Shown here piece after piece: positions 29,088-38,849 of a stretch of DNA of 64,000 nucleotides (its first letter is position 1; every line of letters starts with the position of its first letter). The stretch comes from Armatimonadota bacterium (lineage in GTDB: Bacteria > Armatimonadota > UBA5829 > DTLH01). A program made the position numbers and the translations under genes. The DNA lies in assembly GCA_039679675.1 (NCBI GenBank), contig JBDKUN010000042.1, forward strand, positions 1 through 64,000. Reading direction: 5' to 3'. The notes beneath the pieces are model-generated. The model was not told the DNA's origin. It saw nothing but the letters and a program-made list of their open reading frames with translations, and searched no databases.

Positions 29088-30647
29088 ATGAGCTTGTTTG
29101 GCAAGTCTGCTCCGTCGGCCGTGGTTGGTCTCGATATCGGTACCGAGTTAATCAAGGCAGCCGAAGCGAAACTGACTAAAGACGGCATACGGATTACCGG
29201 ACTAGGGGTTATGCCGACCCCTCCCGGAGTTATTGATAACAGCATGATAATCGACCCCAAGGCCCTTGGGGCGGCTATCAAGCAGCTTTTGCGCGACAGC
29301 GGCATCAAGACAAAGCACGTAGTCAGCTCCATTACAGGACAAACATCCGTGGTGGTGAGGATTATCGAAGTGCCGCGCATGACACCTGGAGAGTTGGCTG
29401 AAACCATGAAATGGGAGGTCGAGCGGCATGTTCCGTTCGCGCCTACCGAGATCCAGATGGATTTCGCGCCCATCGAGAAGCCCAACACTCCACCCGATGC
29501 GCAAAATATGGAAGTTCTGCTGGCAGTAGCTCAGCAGGATTCCGTTAATGGCCTTGTGCAAGCTATTTTGGCTGCAGGACTGGAACCCATCGCAATCGAT
29601 GTTCAGGCGCTCGCTGTGAGCCGCCCGCTGATCGATGCCGTGGAAGGTCCTAAGCCCTATATAACGGCTATCGCCAACATCGGAGCCAGCACTACTGATG
29701 TCGGAGTCTTCGAAGGAAGTCTTCTTGCATTCCCCGGCCCACCCCTTCCTATAGCAGGTATTAACTTCACTCGCGCTATAAGCGAAGAGCTTGGAATATC
29801 GATGGAAGAAGCCGAACAGCTGAAAAAAGAATATGCTGAAGTCGATATGACCGTAATGCAGGGCGGCAATGCTAACGATGGCAACGACGATGCCAATTTG
29901 GATTTCGCGAATGCTGCGCCTGCAGCTATGGACTCATCATATTATGCACCCGCTGCAGACTCGGCACCGAATGCATCCGAACCTACATCATACGGCACAT
30001 CCCTGCAGCAGGCTGATTCTGACTTTTCACCTTTCGATATTGGGACGCCGGAAGTTCCCCCACTCCAACCGGAAGAGAAAAAGCTCGATATATCCGGAGA
30101 TGACGTTTTCGACCTTGGCGGGCAGCAGGAAACAACCGATTTCAAACCAGTCTTCGACCTTGAAGAACCTGAGATCCAGCCGGCAGTTCCCGCACCTGCA
30201 TCGACATCTTTCGATTTCGACATCGAAGATCCGCAGACTGCTCCTGTCCAACCCGCTCAACCGGCTGACAGCCAGTTTGCTGCACCGGCGGCAGAACCAG
30301 ACTTGGTTCCCGCGCCAGCCGCACCTGCCGGTGACGTAAGATTTAAGGTCATTAAGGCTATTACACCCGTTCTGATCGAACTGGCTACAGAGATCAGACG
30401 TTCAATTGATTATTACACTTCCAGATACCAGACTCGTCCCGAGCATCTATATCTTTGCGGCGGGACTGCAAAAATACATAAGCTGGACCAGTTCTTGGCA
30501 AATGAGCTTGGGATTCCCGTTGTTATTGCGGACCCCACAGCCAATTTAACCATGCAGTGTCCTAAATATACGCCGGATTATCTGAGCGAAGTATCATCTT
30601 TGTTCCCGGTAAGCATTGGTCTGGCAATTCGTGAAATGCTGGAATAG
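29088..30647 (+). CDS. pilM: Type IV pilus assembly protein PilM (copy 1) with long acidic low-complexity insertion
   Basis: VGLDIG, VLLAVA, IDVQALA, NIGASTT, EIRRSIDYY, LCGGTA and IGLAIR actin-like fold motifs. Confidence 0.92.
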   Translation: MSLFGKSAPSAVVGLDIGTELIKAAEAKLTKDGIRITGLGVMPTPPGVIDNSMIIDPKALGAAIKQLLRDSGIKTKHVVSSITGQTSVVVRIIEVPRMTPGELAETMKWEVERHVPFAPTEIQMDFAPIEKPNTPPDAQNMEVLLAVAQQDSVNGLVQAILAAGLEPIAIDVQALAVSRPLIDAVEGPKPYITAIANIGASTTDVGVFEGSLLAFPGPPLPIAGINFTRAISEELGISMEEAEQLKKEYAEVDMTVMQGGNANDGNDDANLDFANAAPAAMDSSYYAPAADSAPNASEPTSYGTSLQQADSDFSPFDIGTPEVPPLQPEEKKLDISGDDVFDLGGQQETTDFKPVFDLEEPEIQPAVPAPASTSFDFDIEDPQTAPVQPAQPADSQFAAPAAEPDLVPAPAAPAGDVRFKVIKAITPVLIELATEIRRSIDYYTSRYQTRPEHLYLCGGTAKIHKLDQFLANELGIPVVIADPTANLTMQCPKYTPDYLSEVSSLFPVSIGLAIREMLE

Positions 30648-30722
30648 ACGATTGGCAGGTTTCGCGCTGCTGCGCTTTCGATAAGACCTGCCTCCGTAAT
30701 CCAAGGAGTCCTTCAAGCTGTT

Positions 30723-31583
30723 ATGATTAAGATTAATCTTCTTCCGCCAGGAATATTCGAGGCGAGGGTAATTAAGCGGCTGATTGTGCTGTTCTCCTTT
30801 ATCGTTGTGGCAATTGTAGCTGGTTGTATGTACTACACATCGACGGTCAACAAGGCCACAGCAGGCTATAAGGCTGAAACAGCCATAGCAACCGATTGGA
30901 AAAACAAGGCCGATGCATACAAAAGCCAAGCCGACAGCAAGATAGCATCAATTGCACCAATTGATGCAAAACTTCAATTCGTTGCTCAGGTGGATAGTTT
31001 CAATAATGTATACCCAAAATTTTATGAGAACCTGGCTCAGTATACCTACCATAAGGTAACATACTCACAGATCGCTGTTTCTACGGATGGCAAGGTGACT
31101 ATATCGGCAACCGCGCCTTCCCTTTCTGATGCAGGCAGATATCTGCTCAATATGTATAGAGCAACCGATCTGTTCTCGAACGTTTCTATCTCAGGCGTGC
31201 CTGGTTACCCAGCGAATAGTTCTGGAGGATCATTGTCAGGCGGCGGTATGGCATTGAACTCAACGCCACTGTCCAGTGCGACTCCTGCATTATCACAGTC
31301 GGGCGGAGGGCTTGCACTTGCAGGCGGACAGGCGCCGGAACTGCCTGGACTATCATCCAGTGGAATAAGAGGGGGACTAAGGGGAATAGGTGCAGTCGCC
31401 AGTGGTATCAGCAGATCGCAGGCGAAGCATACCGGCTTTAGTTTTACCGTTTCATGCACTATCAAAGATCCATCGATATTGATACCCCCTTCAGCTCCAG
31501 GTGGAGGTTCGGCATCGGGCACACCCGGTGCAGCGCCGGGTGCTGGTGGTTTGTCTTCGGGTGGCGCAATACCGCTTAAGTAG
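30723..31583 (+). CDS. pilN: PilN-like protein (copy 1) with Gly/Ser-rich insertions
   Basis: N-terminal INLLP motif, TM helix, coiled coil; follows pilM. Confidence 0.85.
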   Translation: MIKINLLPPGIFEARVIKRLIVLFSFIVVAIVAGCMYYTSTVNKATAGYKAETAIATDWKNKADAYKSQADSKIASIAPIDAKLQFVAQVDSFNNVYPKFYENLAQYTYHKVTYSQIAVSTDGKVTISATAPSLSDAGRYLLNMYRATDLFSNVSISGVPGYPANSSGGSLSGGGMALNSTPLSSATPALSQSGGGLALAGGQAPELPGLSSSGIRGGLRGIGAVASGISRSQAKHTGFSFTVSCTIKDPSILIPPSAPGGGSASGTPGAAPGAGGLSSGGAIPLK

Positions 31584-31636
31584 TCCAGCAAGATTTATGA
31601 CCGGAGGAATATTGGGAATAACTCCCTAGTATAGAT

Positions 31637-32407
31637 ATGAGTAAACTGCGCAGAATACATATAATCATAATAGGCGTTGTGGTGTGCTTATTGGTAGGCG
31701 CCGGTTTGTATTTCCTTGTTGTAGACAAGGCTGTAAAAGCACGCGATGCCGCGTTGGTTGAGAGAGACGGCGTACTCGGTGCCGGTGGAACTGAGGCGAA
31801 CTGTAATGATAAGTTCAAAGAACTCCAAGACGCTAATCTAAAAGTATTAGAAGCAACCGCCAAATATGAAAAGACCATGCGAGCCAGAATGCCGAACATC
31901 AGCCTTGATGATACGAGAACAGGTATGCTTGCACTGTGGCACGAGCAGTCTGAGGTTCTTGGACCGTTGCTCCTTAACCACATACGAAGCAGCAAAGGCA
32001 TTCATCTTTTGTCGTCTATTCAGATTCCGAACCCGACAGCCAATCCTAATGATTTGCAGAATTTTGCTGACTCACCCATAAGAATCGATATTGGCAAAGT
32101 CTCTGTATCAGGCGATTTCAAGTCAATTATGAATCACCTTCGAAGTTGGAGTAAGCTAAACAGGCTTGTATTGATCGATCAGCCATCATTAACTGGAGAA
32201 AGTCCCAATCTGGTATGTGAGTATACTCTTTCTGTATTTCTGTACCCGATGACTCCTCCTGGTCCCCCCATTGATATTGCACCTCCTGCAAACAGCAGCG
32301 GCGGAACAGGCGGAATGGGCGGTGGAATGCCCAGTGGAGGACTTGCAACTGTTAACACTGGACAATCAACCGGGGGATCGCCGGTAACGGCGCAGCCACT
32401 CCATTAA
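31637..32407 (+). CDS. pilO: PilO-like protein (copy 1)
   Basis: TM, coiled coil and G-F...L...NRLVLID ferredoxin-like core; position in the operon. Confidence 0.7.
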   Translation: MSKLRRIHIIIIGVVVCLLVGAGLYFLVVDKAVKARDAALVERDGVLGAGGTEANCNDKFKELQDANLKVLEATAKYEKTMRARMPNISLDDTRTGMLALWHEQSEVLGPLLLNHIRSSKGIHLLSSIQIPNPTANPNDLQNFADSPIRIDIGKVSVSGDFKSIMNHLRSWSKLNRLVLIDQPSLTGESPNLVCEYTLSVFLYPMTPPGPPIDIAPPANSSGGTGGMGGGMPSGGLATVNTGQSTGGSPVTAQPLH

Positions 32408-32454
32408 AAGCTGGTTATAATTGAGCCGAAAGGTTCAGAGGTAGAATAATTATT

Positions 32455-33267
32455 ATGCAATGGCTTCAAGATAAGAAGAATTTACCGTTTGTTATCGGCG
32501 GGGTGGTACTGGTTGTAGTAGCTGTCGTAGTATTTTTGTTCATGCAGATGTCCGGCAGCAACAATGCACCTACAGACAACCAATCTACCGCTGGCGGAGC
32601 CGCAGCGCCTGCTACTGCTCCCGCTGCCGGTGCACAGTCGCCTAACGCGGCATTACCAGGCGGCCCAGCCGGAGCTACAGCAGCTGCCCCTTCTTCACAG
32701 GTTGGTGGAACTGCTCCCAGTACGCCCGGAGTTCCTGGAACACAGATGGCAAGTGCAGCAGGTGAAAATGCAAAAACTCCGGCATGCTCTGCTGCGGAGC
32801 GATGGCGTGTAGACCCATTCGCCCCTCAGAAATCCGGCAGCCGGATAAAAGAGCCCAAACCGAGGCTTGCAATACCTTTAGTCAGCAGGCTATTTCCGCC
32901 TGCACCGGTACCGCCAGCTAGGATAAAGCGCTATAAACCACAGCCCCCAAGGCGAGTTGCTGGGATACTATATGGAGATAAAGTAAATGCATTGATCCAG
33001 ACACCGGATGGCTGGGAGATAAAACGGCCTGGCGAAAGACTCAGCGATGGAACAATCGTTGAGAAGATAGAACGCGACCGGGTAATTCTTCGAACAGTCA
33101 ATTCGGATGGAGAAACATCTTTTGTCGAGGTAAAGTTGGCTGCATCACTTTCGCAGCTTAATTCTCCAGCTTCCAGAAGCAATAGTGGCTCACTATCGCA
33201 GGGGAGCGGCGTAGGAAGAGTTCCATCCGGCGGTAGAAGCAGACCCGCTGAGATACCGGGATTATAA
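32455..33267 (+). CDS. PilP/PilW-like protein (copy 1)
   Basis: TM, Ala/Pro-rich linker, R-DPF motif and C-terminal beta domain (VAGIL...G-VEKI-RDRVIL). Confidence 0.65.
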   Translation: MQWLQDKKNLPFVIGGVVLVVVAVVVFLFMQMSGSNNAPTDNQSTAGGAAAPATAPAAGAQSPNAALPGGPAGATAAAPSSQVGGTAPSTPGVPGTQMASAAGENAKTPACSAAERWRVDPFAPQKSGSRIKEPKPRLAIPLVSRLFPPAPVPPARIKRYKPQPPRRVAGILYGDKVNALIQTPDGWEIKRPGERLSDGTIVEKIERDRVILRTVNSDGETSFVEVKLAASLSQLNSPASRSNSGSLSQGSGVGRVPSGGRSRPAEIPGL

Positions 33268-33396
33268 GATTAATGAACTGATAGTAGAGTGTATTAGTTG
33301 CATTCTACAGGGAACCACTTCCGGGAGTATGCAGTCAAAAGAATTGTGCTCCATCGGAAATAATGTTCTCGTAACGATGTGTAGGAGGCGTTTAGG

Positions 33397-34074
33397 ATGA
33401 GAAAGTCTATACTAATTGCTATGGCCGTTATATTTATAGTCGGCATATTAGCAATTTCAGCGTCAGCCCAGAGTGATGATAAGAACCAACCGCGTATTAC
33501 AATCGAACTAAAGGATACACCTATACGTTCAGCTCTTGATACGTTGTTTAGAGGTAGAGGGCTTAGCTACTCTATTGGCGCAAACGTAGGTGGAAATGTC
33601 GGTAGCCTCAGTTTGAGAGATGTTACATTCGATGTTGCACTGAAGATGCTCCTTAAAGCAGTGGAGCCGCCGCTTGTTTACCGTAAAGATGGGGATGTTT
33701 ATGTCATTACGGTAAAGAGTGACCAGCCTGACACTAGTACATTTACTCCACCGACTGCGGACATTAACCCACCTGATACTACCGAAGCAGAGGACGTTAA
33801 GATGGAGAAGATTTCCTTGAGCTTCGTCGATGCTTACGACCTTAAAGCAATAATAGAAGGCCAGAACACCAGCCGGTCTTCAAATGGTAGCAACGGTAGC
33901 AACGGTAGCTGGGGTAGCGGTAGCAGTGGCAACTGGGGCGGCAGTAGCGGCGGCAGTGGCAACTGGGGCGGCAGTAGCGGCGGCAGCGGCAGCTGGGGCG
34001 GCGGCAGCAGCAGTTGGAGCAATAGTAACAGCGGCAACAGCTATGGACGCTACAGCGGACGATCCGGTTATTAG
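33397..34074 (+). CDS. Stand-alone STN (secretin N0) domain protein with Gly/Ser/Trp-repeat tail
   Basis: Signal peptide; ITIELKDTPIRSALDTLF...VTFDVALKMLL...DGDVYVI; no secretin C-domain; AGGAGG RBS. Confidence 0.75.
   Translation: MRKSILIAMAVIFIVGILAISASAQSDDKNQPRITIELKDTPIRSALDTLFRGRGLSYSIGANVGGNVGSLSLRDVTFDVALKMLLKAVEPPLVYRKDGDVYVITVKSDQPDTSTFTPPTADINPPDTTEAEDVKMEKISLSFVDAYDLKAIIEGQNTSRSSNGSNGSNGSWGSGSSGNWGGSSGGSGNWGGSSGGSGSWGGGSSSWSNSNSGNSYGRYSGRSGY
33884..34040 (+). repeat. Intragenic tandem repeats encoding NGS and (N/S)WGGSSGGSG
   Basis: GGTAGCAAC repeats, then ~30-nt GGCAACTGGGGCGGCAGTAGCGGCGGCAG units. Confidence 0.8.
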
Positions 34075-34122
34075 GAAGGTTAGGACAAACGGATGCTACT
34101 GCCTTATCCGAGGAGGAATAAT

Positions 34123-35769
34123 ATGATTTTCATGCATGGGTGGGGATGCGATAAGCGAATTATAAACTTTACCGTTATCGGCATAATGGTTTTAATTATC
34201 GCATGTTCCGCCGCAGTCGGTGTATGTGCATCGGACCGTGGGGTAATGCTCGATGTTCGCGATGCCAGGCTCAATGATGTTGTTGTTTTACTTACTCAAC
34301 AGAGCGGCGCTAACATAATCGTCAATCCTGACGTTTCTGACAAACGTATCACTGCGGTTGTTTATGATAAACCGCTTGAAACAGTTCTTGAAAATGTGGT
34401 ACGCACTGCCGGAGTAGACTTCTGGAAGACAGACGATGGCACCTATATAATCGGTGCAAAGCGCCCGGAACCTGCTAAGGCTGTTGAGCCTGTAACCGCA
34501 CCGGCACAGCAGGAGCCTGTAGAAAAGCCTAAATACTATAAGGAAAAAATAACGCTCGTATACAGCCATCCTGTAGAATTGCTTGAATCTATGGGCCTAA
34601 CATTCGATAACCAACCCGATGTACAGAAACACTTTGCCAAAACGAAACCTGTCGGCAAGGTACTCGGTGTTCTTGATGAAGACGAATATAATACAGGAAT
34701 CAGATTCAATAATGTAAACGATCAGGGCTCTGTTCCTCCCGCAGTTGATTCCGGTAATTCCGGTGCAGCTGTAGCTGGACGCAGCGCAACCGCTGCTGAT
34801 GGCGCTGGTCAGTATCCCGGTGCTGGTGGAAGGTCGGGAGGTTATCCTTCAAGTGCAGGATCGCCTCCTGGTATGTCTTCTTCTCGTGGCGGGACCGGCA
34901 GCACTAGTAACAGATCCAGCAGTCTTCTTCCTGACGGTGTAGACTTGGTTCAGCCATTCCCGCTGGACAACTCTATTATCGTTCGCGGAACATGGGAAGG
35001 CATTTCTGAGTTCAAAGAACTTATTCATATGCTTGATGTACCTCCGAAGCAGGTAAGTATCAAGGCTGAATTCATAGAAGTAACTACAAACGATGTAAAA
35101 AGGCTTGGTATTGACTGGAGTCTTGAGAGACTGAATGAAACGATCAACACCAACTTCAACCCAAGTGGTAACGTTATCGTTGGTGTCACTACGGGCAACC
35201 TGGCGGCTTCGCTTCGCACAGAGTTGACCAAGAGCTCAGGTAATATCATTAACTCACCTATTATCTCTACACTTAACAATGAATATGCAGAGATTAACAT
35301 AGGATCACAGATACCTTACTGGACATCGTCCATGGTCACAACATCGACTGGGGTTGTATCCAACAGTGAAGTAAATTCTATTAATATAGAAACCTACCTG
35401 AGGGTTCTGCCAAGAGTAAATGGAGACGGAACCATAACACTTGAGCTTATGCCAAGTGTACAGGACACAGGGACTATGTATACTGCTCCTGACGGCCAGA
35501 GCCAGTTACCTGAGACCAGGTATCAGACACTGCAGACTCGGCGACGGGTTATGAGCGGTGAGACTATTGTAGTTGGTGGATTTATCAGAAAAGACCAATC
35601 GACAAGCACTACGCAGATACCGATTCTCGGCAGCCTGCCTATTATTGGCCCGTTATTCCGATCATCATCTACGACTTCAGAGGACCGCGAGCTGCTGATC
35701 TTTGTTACTCCCACCATTATCGGTGAGAAATCAACGGGCAGCTCAGTAGGTGTTTCAACATATCCGTAG
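34123..35769 (+). CDS. pilQ: Secretin (PilQ/GspD family, copy 1)
   Basis: STN domain, LDVPPKQVSIKAEFIEV, SGETIVVGG, IPILGSLPIIGPLFRS, ELLIFVTPTII. GAGGAGG RBS before ATG 34123. Confidence 0.9.
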   Translation: MIFMHGWGCDKRIINFTVIGIMVLIIACSAAVGVCASDRGVMLDVRDARLNDVVVLLTQQSGANIIVNPDVSDKRITAVVYDKPLETVLENVVRTAGVDFWKTDDGTYIIGAKRPEPAKAVEPVTAPAQQEPVEKPKYYKEKITLVYSHPVELLESMGLTFDNQPDVQKHFAKTKPVGKVLGVLDEDEYNTGIRFNNVNDQGSVPPAVDSGNSGAAVAGRSATAADGAGQYPGAGGRSGGYPSSAGSPPGMSSSRGGTGSTSNRSSSLLPDGVDLVQPFPLDNSIIVRGTWEGISEFKELIHMLDVPPKQVSIKAEFIEVTTNDVKRLGIDWSLERLNETINTNFNPSGNVIVGVTTGNLAASLRTELTKSSGNIINSPIISTLNNEYAEINIGSQIPYWTSSMVTTSTGVVSNSEVNSINIETYLRVLPRVNGDGTITLELMPSVQDTGTMYTAPDGQSQLPETRYQTLQTRRRVMSGETIVVGGFIRKDQSTSTTQIPILGSLPIIGPLFRSSSTTSEDRELLIFVTPTIIGEKSTGSSVGVSTYP

Positions 35770-35851
35770 AGGATATTAACACTCATTTGTGAATATAATT
35801 GTGGGGATTGTTTCAAAGCAATCCCCACTTTCGCTATTAAGGGAGCGTTTA

Positions 35852-36988
35852 TTGTTTCGCTTTCTAACTGCAGGTGAATCCCACGGAGAGATGCTGGTTG
35901 CAATAATCGACGGCGTACCGGCAGGATTACCTCTCACGGCTGAATATATCGATTTTGACCTTTCACGGCGTCAAAAAGGATACGGGCGCAGTGAAAGGAT
36001 GTCTATTGAAGAGGACAAAGTCAGTATTCTATCCGGCGTGAGATTCGGTATTACCCTTGGAAGCCCCATAGCATTATCAATACCCAACCACGACCGGCAA
36101 AGTTTCATGAACGTTCAGCCGGTTGACCAGAGTAGCAGAGATCCCGATGTAATCCCCCGGCCTGGGCATGCCGACCTCGCCGGTTCTATTAAGTACGGAC
36201 ATTCGGACATTCGTAACGTTCTGGAACGGGCGAGCGCCAGAGAGACAGCAGCAAGAGTCGCGGTCGGTGCAGTTGCAAAACGTATTCTTCTGGAACTGGA
36301 TATACATATCGCAAGTCATGTAATAACGATAGGCGATATTTGCGAAGAGCAATCCGCTGGCATGTCTCTTAAAGAGATCCAGAAACGTTCCGAAGCATCT
36401 CCAGTCCGGTGCCTTGATAAAATATCTGAACAGGCGATGATTGCTGAGATAGAAAAGGCAGCCAGTAGAGGTGACACGCTTGGCGGAGTGTTTGAGATCA
36501 TAGCATCCGGTGTCCCGGTTGGGCTAGGAAGCTATACGCATTGGGACCGGCGGCTGGATGGGGAATTAGCCAAAGCTGTTATGAGTATTCCGGGAATAAA
36601 AGGGGTCGAGGTAGGGCTTGGATTTCAAGCTGCGCAACTTCCTGGATCACAGGTCCACGACGAAATACATTATGACGGTGTTTCTTACACCAGGCCATCC
36701 AATAACGCTGGTGGAATTGAGGGAGGAGTCTCGAACGGTGAACGAATAATCGTAAGAGCGGCTATGAAGCCGATCCCTACCCTCACCCAACAACTGCAAT
36801 CAGTCGATATGAAGACGAAAGAGCCGATGCCTGCCTTTGCAGAGAGGTCGGATGTATGTGCAGTACCATCAGCAGCGGTGGTCGGCGAATCGATGACAGC
36901 TATCACTCTCGCAACCGCAGTTCTTGAGAAATTCGGCGGAGATAATCTGGACGAACTCAAAAGGAACTTTATCGCGTATAATCAGTAA
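35852..36988 (+). CDS. aroC: Chorismate synthase
   Basis: FLTAGESHG, PRPGHAD, RASARETA, MKPIPT, RSDVC. TTG start at 35852. Confidence 0.97.
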   Translation: MFRFLTAGESHGEMLVAIIDGVPAGLPLTAEYIDFDLSRRQKGYGRSERMSIEEDKVSILSGVRFGITLGSPIALSIPNHDRQSFMNVQPVDQSSRDPDVIPRPGHADLAGSIKYGHSDIRNVLERASARETAARVAVGAVAKRILLELDIHIASHVITIGDICEEQSAGMSLKEIQKRSEASPVRCLDKISEQAMIAEIEKAASRGDTLGGVFEIIASGVPVGLGSYTHWDRRLDGELAKAVMSIPGIKGVEVGLGFQAAQLPGSQVHDEIHYDGVSYTRPSNNAGGIEGGVSNGERIIVRAAMKPIPTLTQQLQSVDMKTKEPMPAFAERSDVCAVPSAAVVGESMTAITLATAVLEKFGGDNLDELKRNFIAYNQ

Positions 36989-37048
36989 TAAAAGTCGGCA
37001 GATTAGGCGAGGTTACTGGCCACCCGCTTCACAAAGGCGTGATCAAAA

Positions 37049-37570
37049 ATGAAGAATATCGTATTGATTGGCTTCATGGGTACTGGCAAGAGCCGAGTCG
37101 GTCACATGGTAGCTCGCAAGCTTGGTATGAAATTCATCGATACGGATGATCTTATATCTCAAAGGTTACAGATGCCCGTTTCAGACATTTTTGCAAGGCT
37201 CGGAGAAGGCAAATTCAGGGAAATAGAGCAGCAGACAATAGCGGATGTATCTCTGAAATCCCGTCATGTCATTGCTACTGGCGGTGGCGTTCCCATTCTC
37301 AAGGACAATGTCGATAATCTGAAGACAAACGGAATATTGTTCTGTCTTTCAGCAAGCCCGGAGATCATATACCGGCGCACACTACGTGCTGATACACGTC
37401 CGTTGCTCAAAAGTGAGAACAAACTGGAGCATATAAAGAGTCTGATGGAATCCAGACACCTCTACTATTCAGTCGCCGACTACCATATCGACACTTCTTC
37501 GCGTCCGGCCAGTGCCGTGGCACGGGAAATCGTGGAATTATATCAGTCTGATGGCAACAATCAAGGTTGA
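37049..37570 (+). CDS. aroK: Shikimate kinase
   Basis: GFMGTGKS, DTD, GE-FR-E, ATGGG, RPLL. Confidence 0.96.
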   Translation: MKNIVLIGFMGTGKSRVGHMVARKLGMKFIDTDDLISQRLQMPVSDIFARLGEGKFREIEQQTIADVSLKSRHVIATGGGVPILKDNVDNLKTNGILFCLSASPEIIYRRTLRADTRPLLKSENKLEHIKSLMESRHLYYSVADYHIDTSSRPASAVAREIVELYQSDGNNQG

Positions 37571-38654
37571 TCTTGGAAAAAACAGCTACGAGATCGTTGT
37601 AAAGAACGGTATCCTCAAAAACGCGGGCGCAGAGATAGCCAGAGCATGCCGGGGAAGAACAGCAGTTGTTGTAACCGAAGCCGGTATATACGAGCTTTAC
37701 GGGCACAGCCTGATGGACAGTCTATCTTCCGCCGGGTTTCATGTGTTCACTACCATGATTCCTGGCGGCGAAGATTGCAAGGTGTTCGATACGGCAATCG
37801 AGCTCTATAACCGCCTCCTCGGTTTCGGAATCGACCGGTCAGGAGTACTAATCACCCTCGGCGGCGGCATAACAGGCGACCTCGGTGGTTTTGCAGCAGC
37901 CACCTACCTTCGGGGAATCGACTTCATCAATATTCCGACGACACTTCTGGCGCAGGTGGACGCAAGCATCGGAGGAAAGGTCGGAGTTAACCTGATCGAG
38001 GGTAAAAACCTGGTCGGTGCGTTTCATCAGCCCAGGAGAGTGCTCATCGACCCCGACCTCATAGCTACTCTCCCCTACCCCGAACTCGCGAGCGGCTTGG
38101 CCGAGATAATCAAACATGGTATAATAGCTGATCAAGAGATGTTCTATTTTATCCGATCTCGAACCGATGCAATTCGCGGGATGGAGAGCGACACTCTTGA
38201 AAATGTTATCGTCCGGTCTTGTGAGATTAAGGCAGATATCGTATCCAAAGACGAGAAAGAATCAGGGCTTCGAGCTGTTCTTAATTACGGACATACGGTC
38301 GGACATGGAATCGAAGCGGCTACCGGTTACTCCAGATATACTCATGGAGAAGCTGTCTCCATTGGGATGGTTACAGCCGCGCTTATTTCCGAGACTGCCG
38401 GGTTGGCAGCGCGGGGAATAGCGGAGGAAATAGCGGAAACGCTTCAGTATTTCTCGCTCCCTGTCTTATTGGATGCGGATGTCGATCTTGATAAGGTCAT
38501 AGCAGCTATGAAATATGACAAGAAGTCCGTATCCCGAAAACTCAAGTTCATACTGCCTAAGCGGATCGGAAAAGTTATAATAACCGACAGCGTGACCGAA
38601 GCTGATATACGGCAGGCTATGGAAAAGCAGGCCATGCTCTTCGGACAAGATTGA
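37551..38654 (+). CDS. aroB: 3-dehydroquinate synthase
   Basis: LGGG-GDLGGF, PTTLLAQVDASIGGK, LNYGHT-GH, HGEAV. Confidence 0.97.
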   Translation: MATIKVDLGKNSYEIVVKNGILKNAGAEIARACRGRTAVVVTEAGIYELYGHSLMDSLSSAGFHVFTTMIPGGEDCKVFDTAIELYNRLLGFGIDRSGVLITLGGGITGDLGGFAAATYLRGIDFINIPTTLLAQVDASIGGKVGVNLIEGKNLVGAFHQPRRVLIDPDLIATLPYPELASGLAEIIKHGIIADQEMFYFIRSRTDAIRGMESDTLENVIVRSCEIKADIVSKDEKESGLRAVLNYGHTVGHGIEAATGYSRYTHGEAVSIGMVTAALISETAGLAARGIAEEIAETLQYFSLPVLLDADVDLDKVIAAMKYDKKSVSRKLKFILPKRIGKVIITDSVTEADIRQAMEKQAMLFGQD

Positions 38655-38663
38655 GAATATAAA

Positions 38664-38849
38664 ATGGCGAATCGGCTCATTGGTTTTTGGATACTTTTTG
38701 TTACAATAATCTTCATTGCTGGCTTTTTCTCACAAATAGCCGCATCTCTGGAGCCGTTCGGTCGTTATACATATTTAGCAGCACTCTTCATCAGTGTGGC
38801 AGCTATTGTGCTAATACTGATGCGACACCGATGTAATGGAGCAGATTAA
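38664..38849 (+). CDS. Small 2-TM hypothetical protein
   Basis: 61-aa hydrophobic ORF filling the gap exactly, with TAATG coupling to the next gene. Confidence 0.55.
   Translation: MANRLIGFWILFVTIIFIAGFFSQIAASLEPFGRYTYLAALFISVAAIVLILMRHRCNGAD

Noticed and set aside
33884..34040. CRISPR-like short repeats
   Set aside because: In-frame low-complexity coding repeats without unique spacers; no cas genes in the window.
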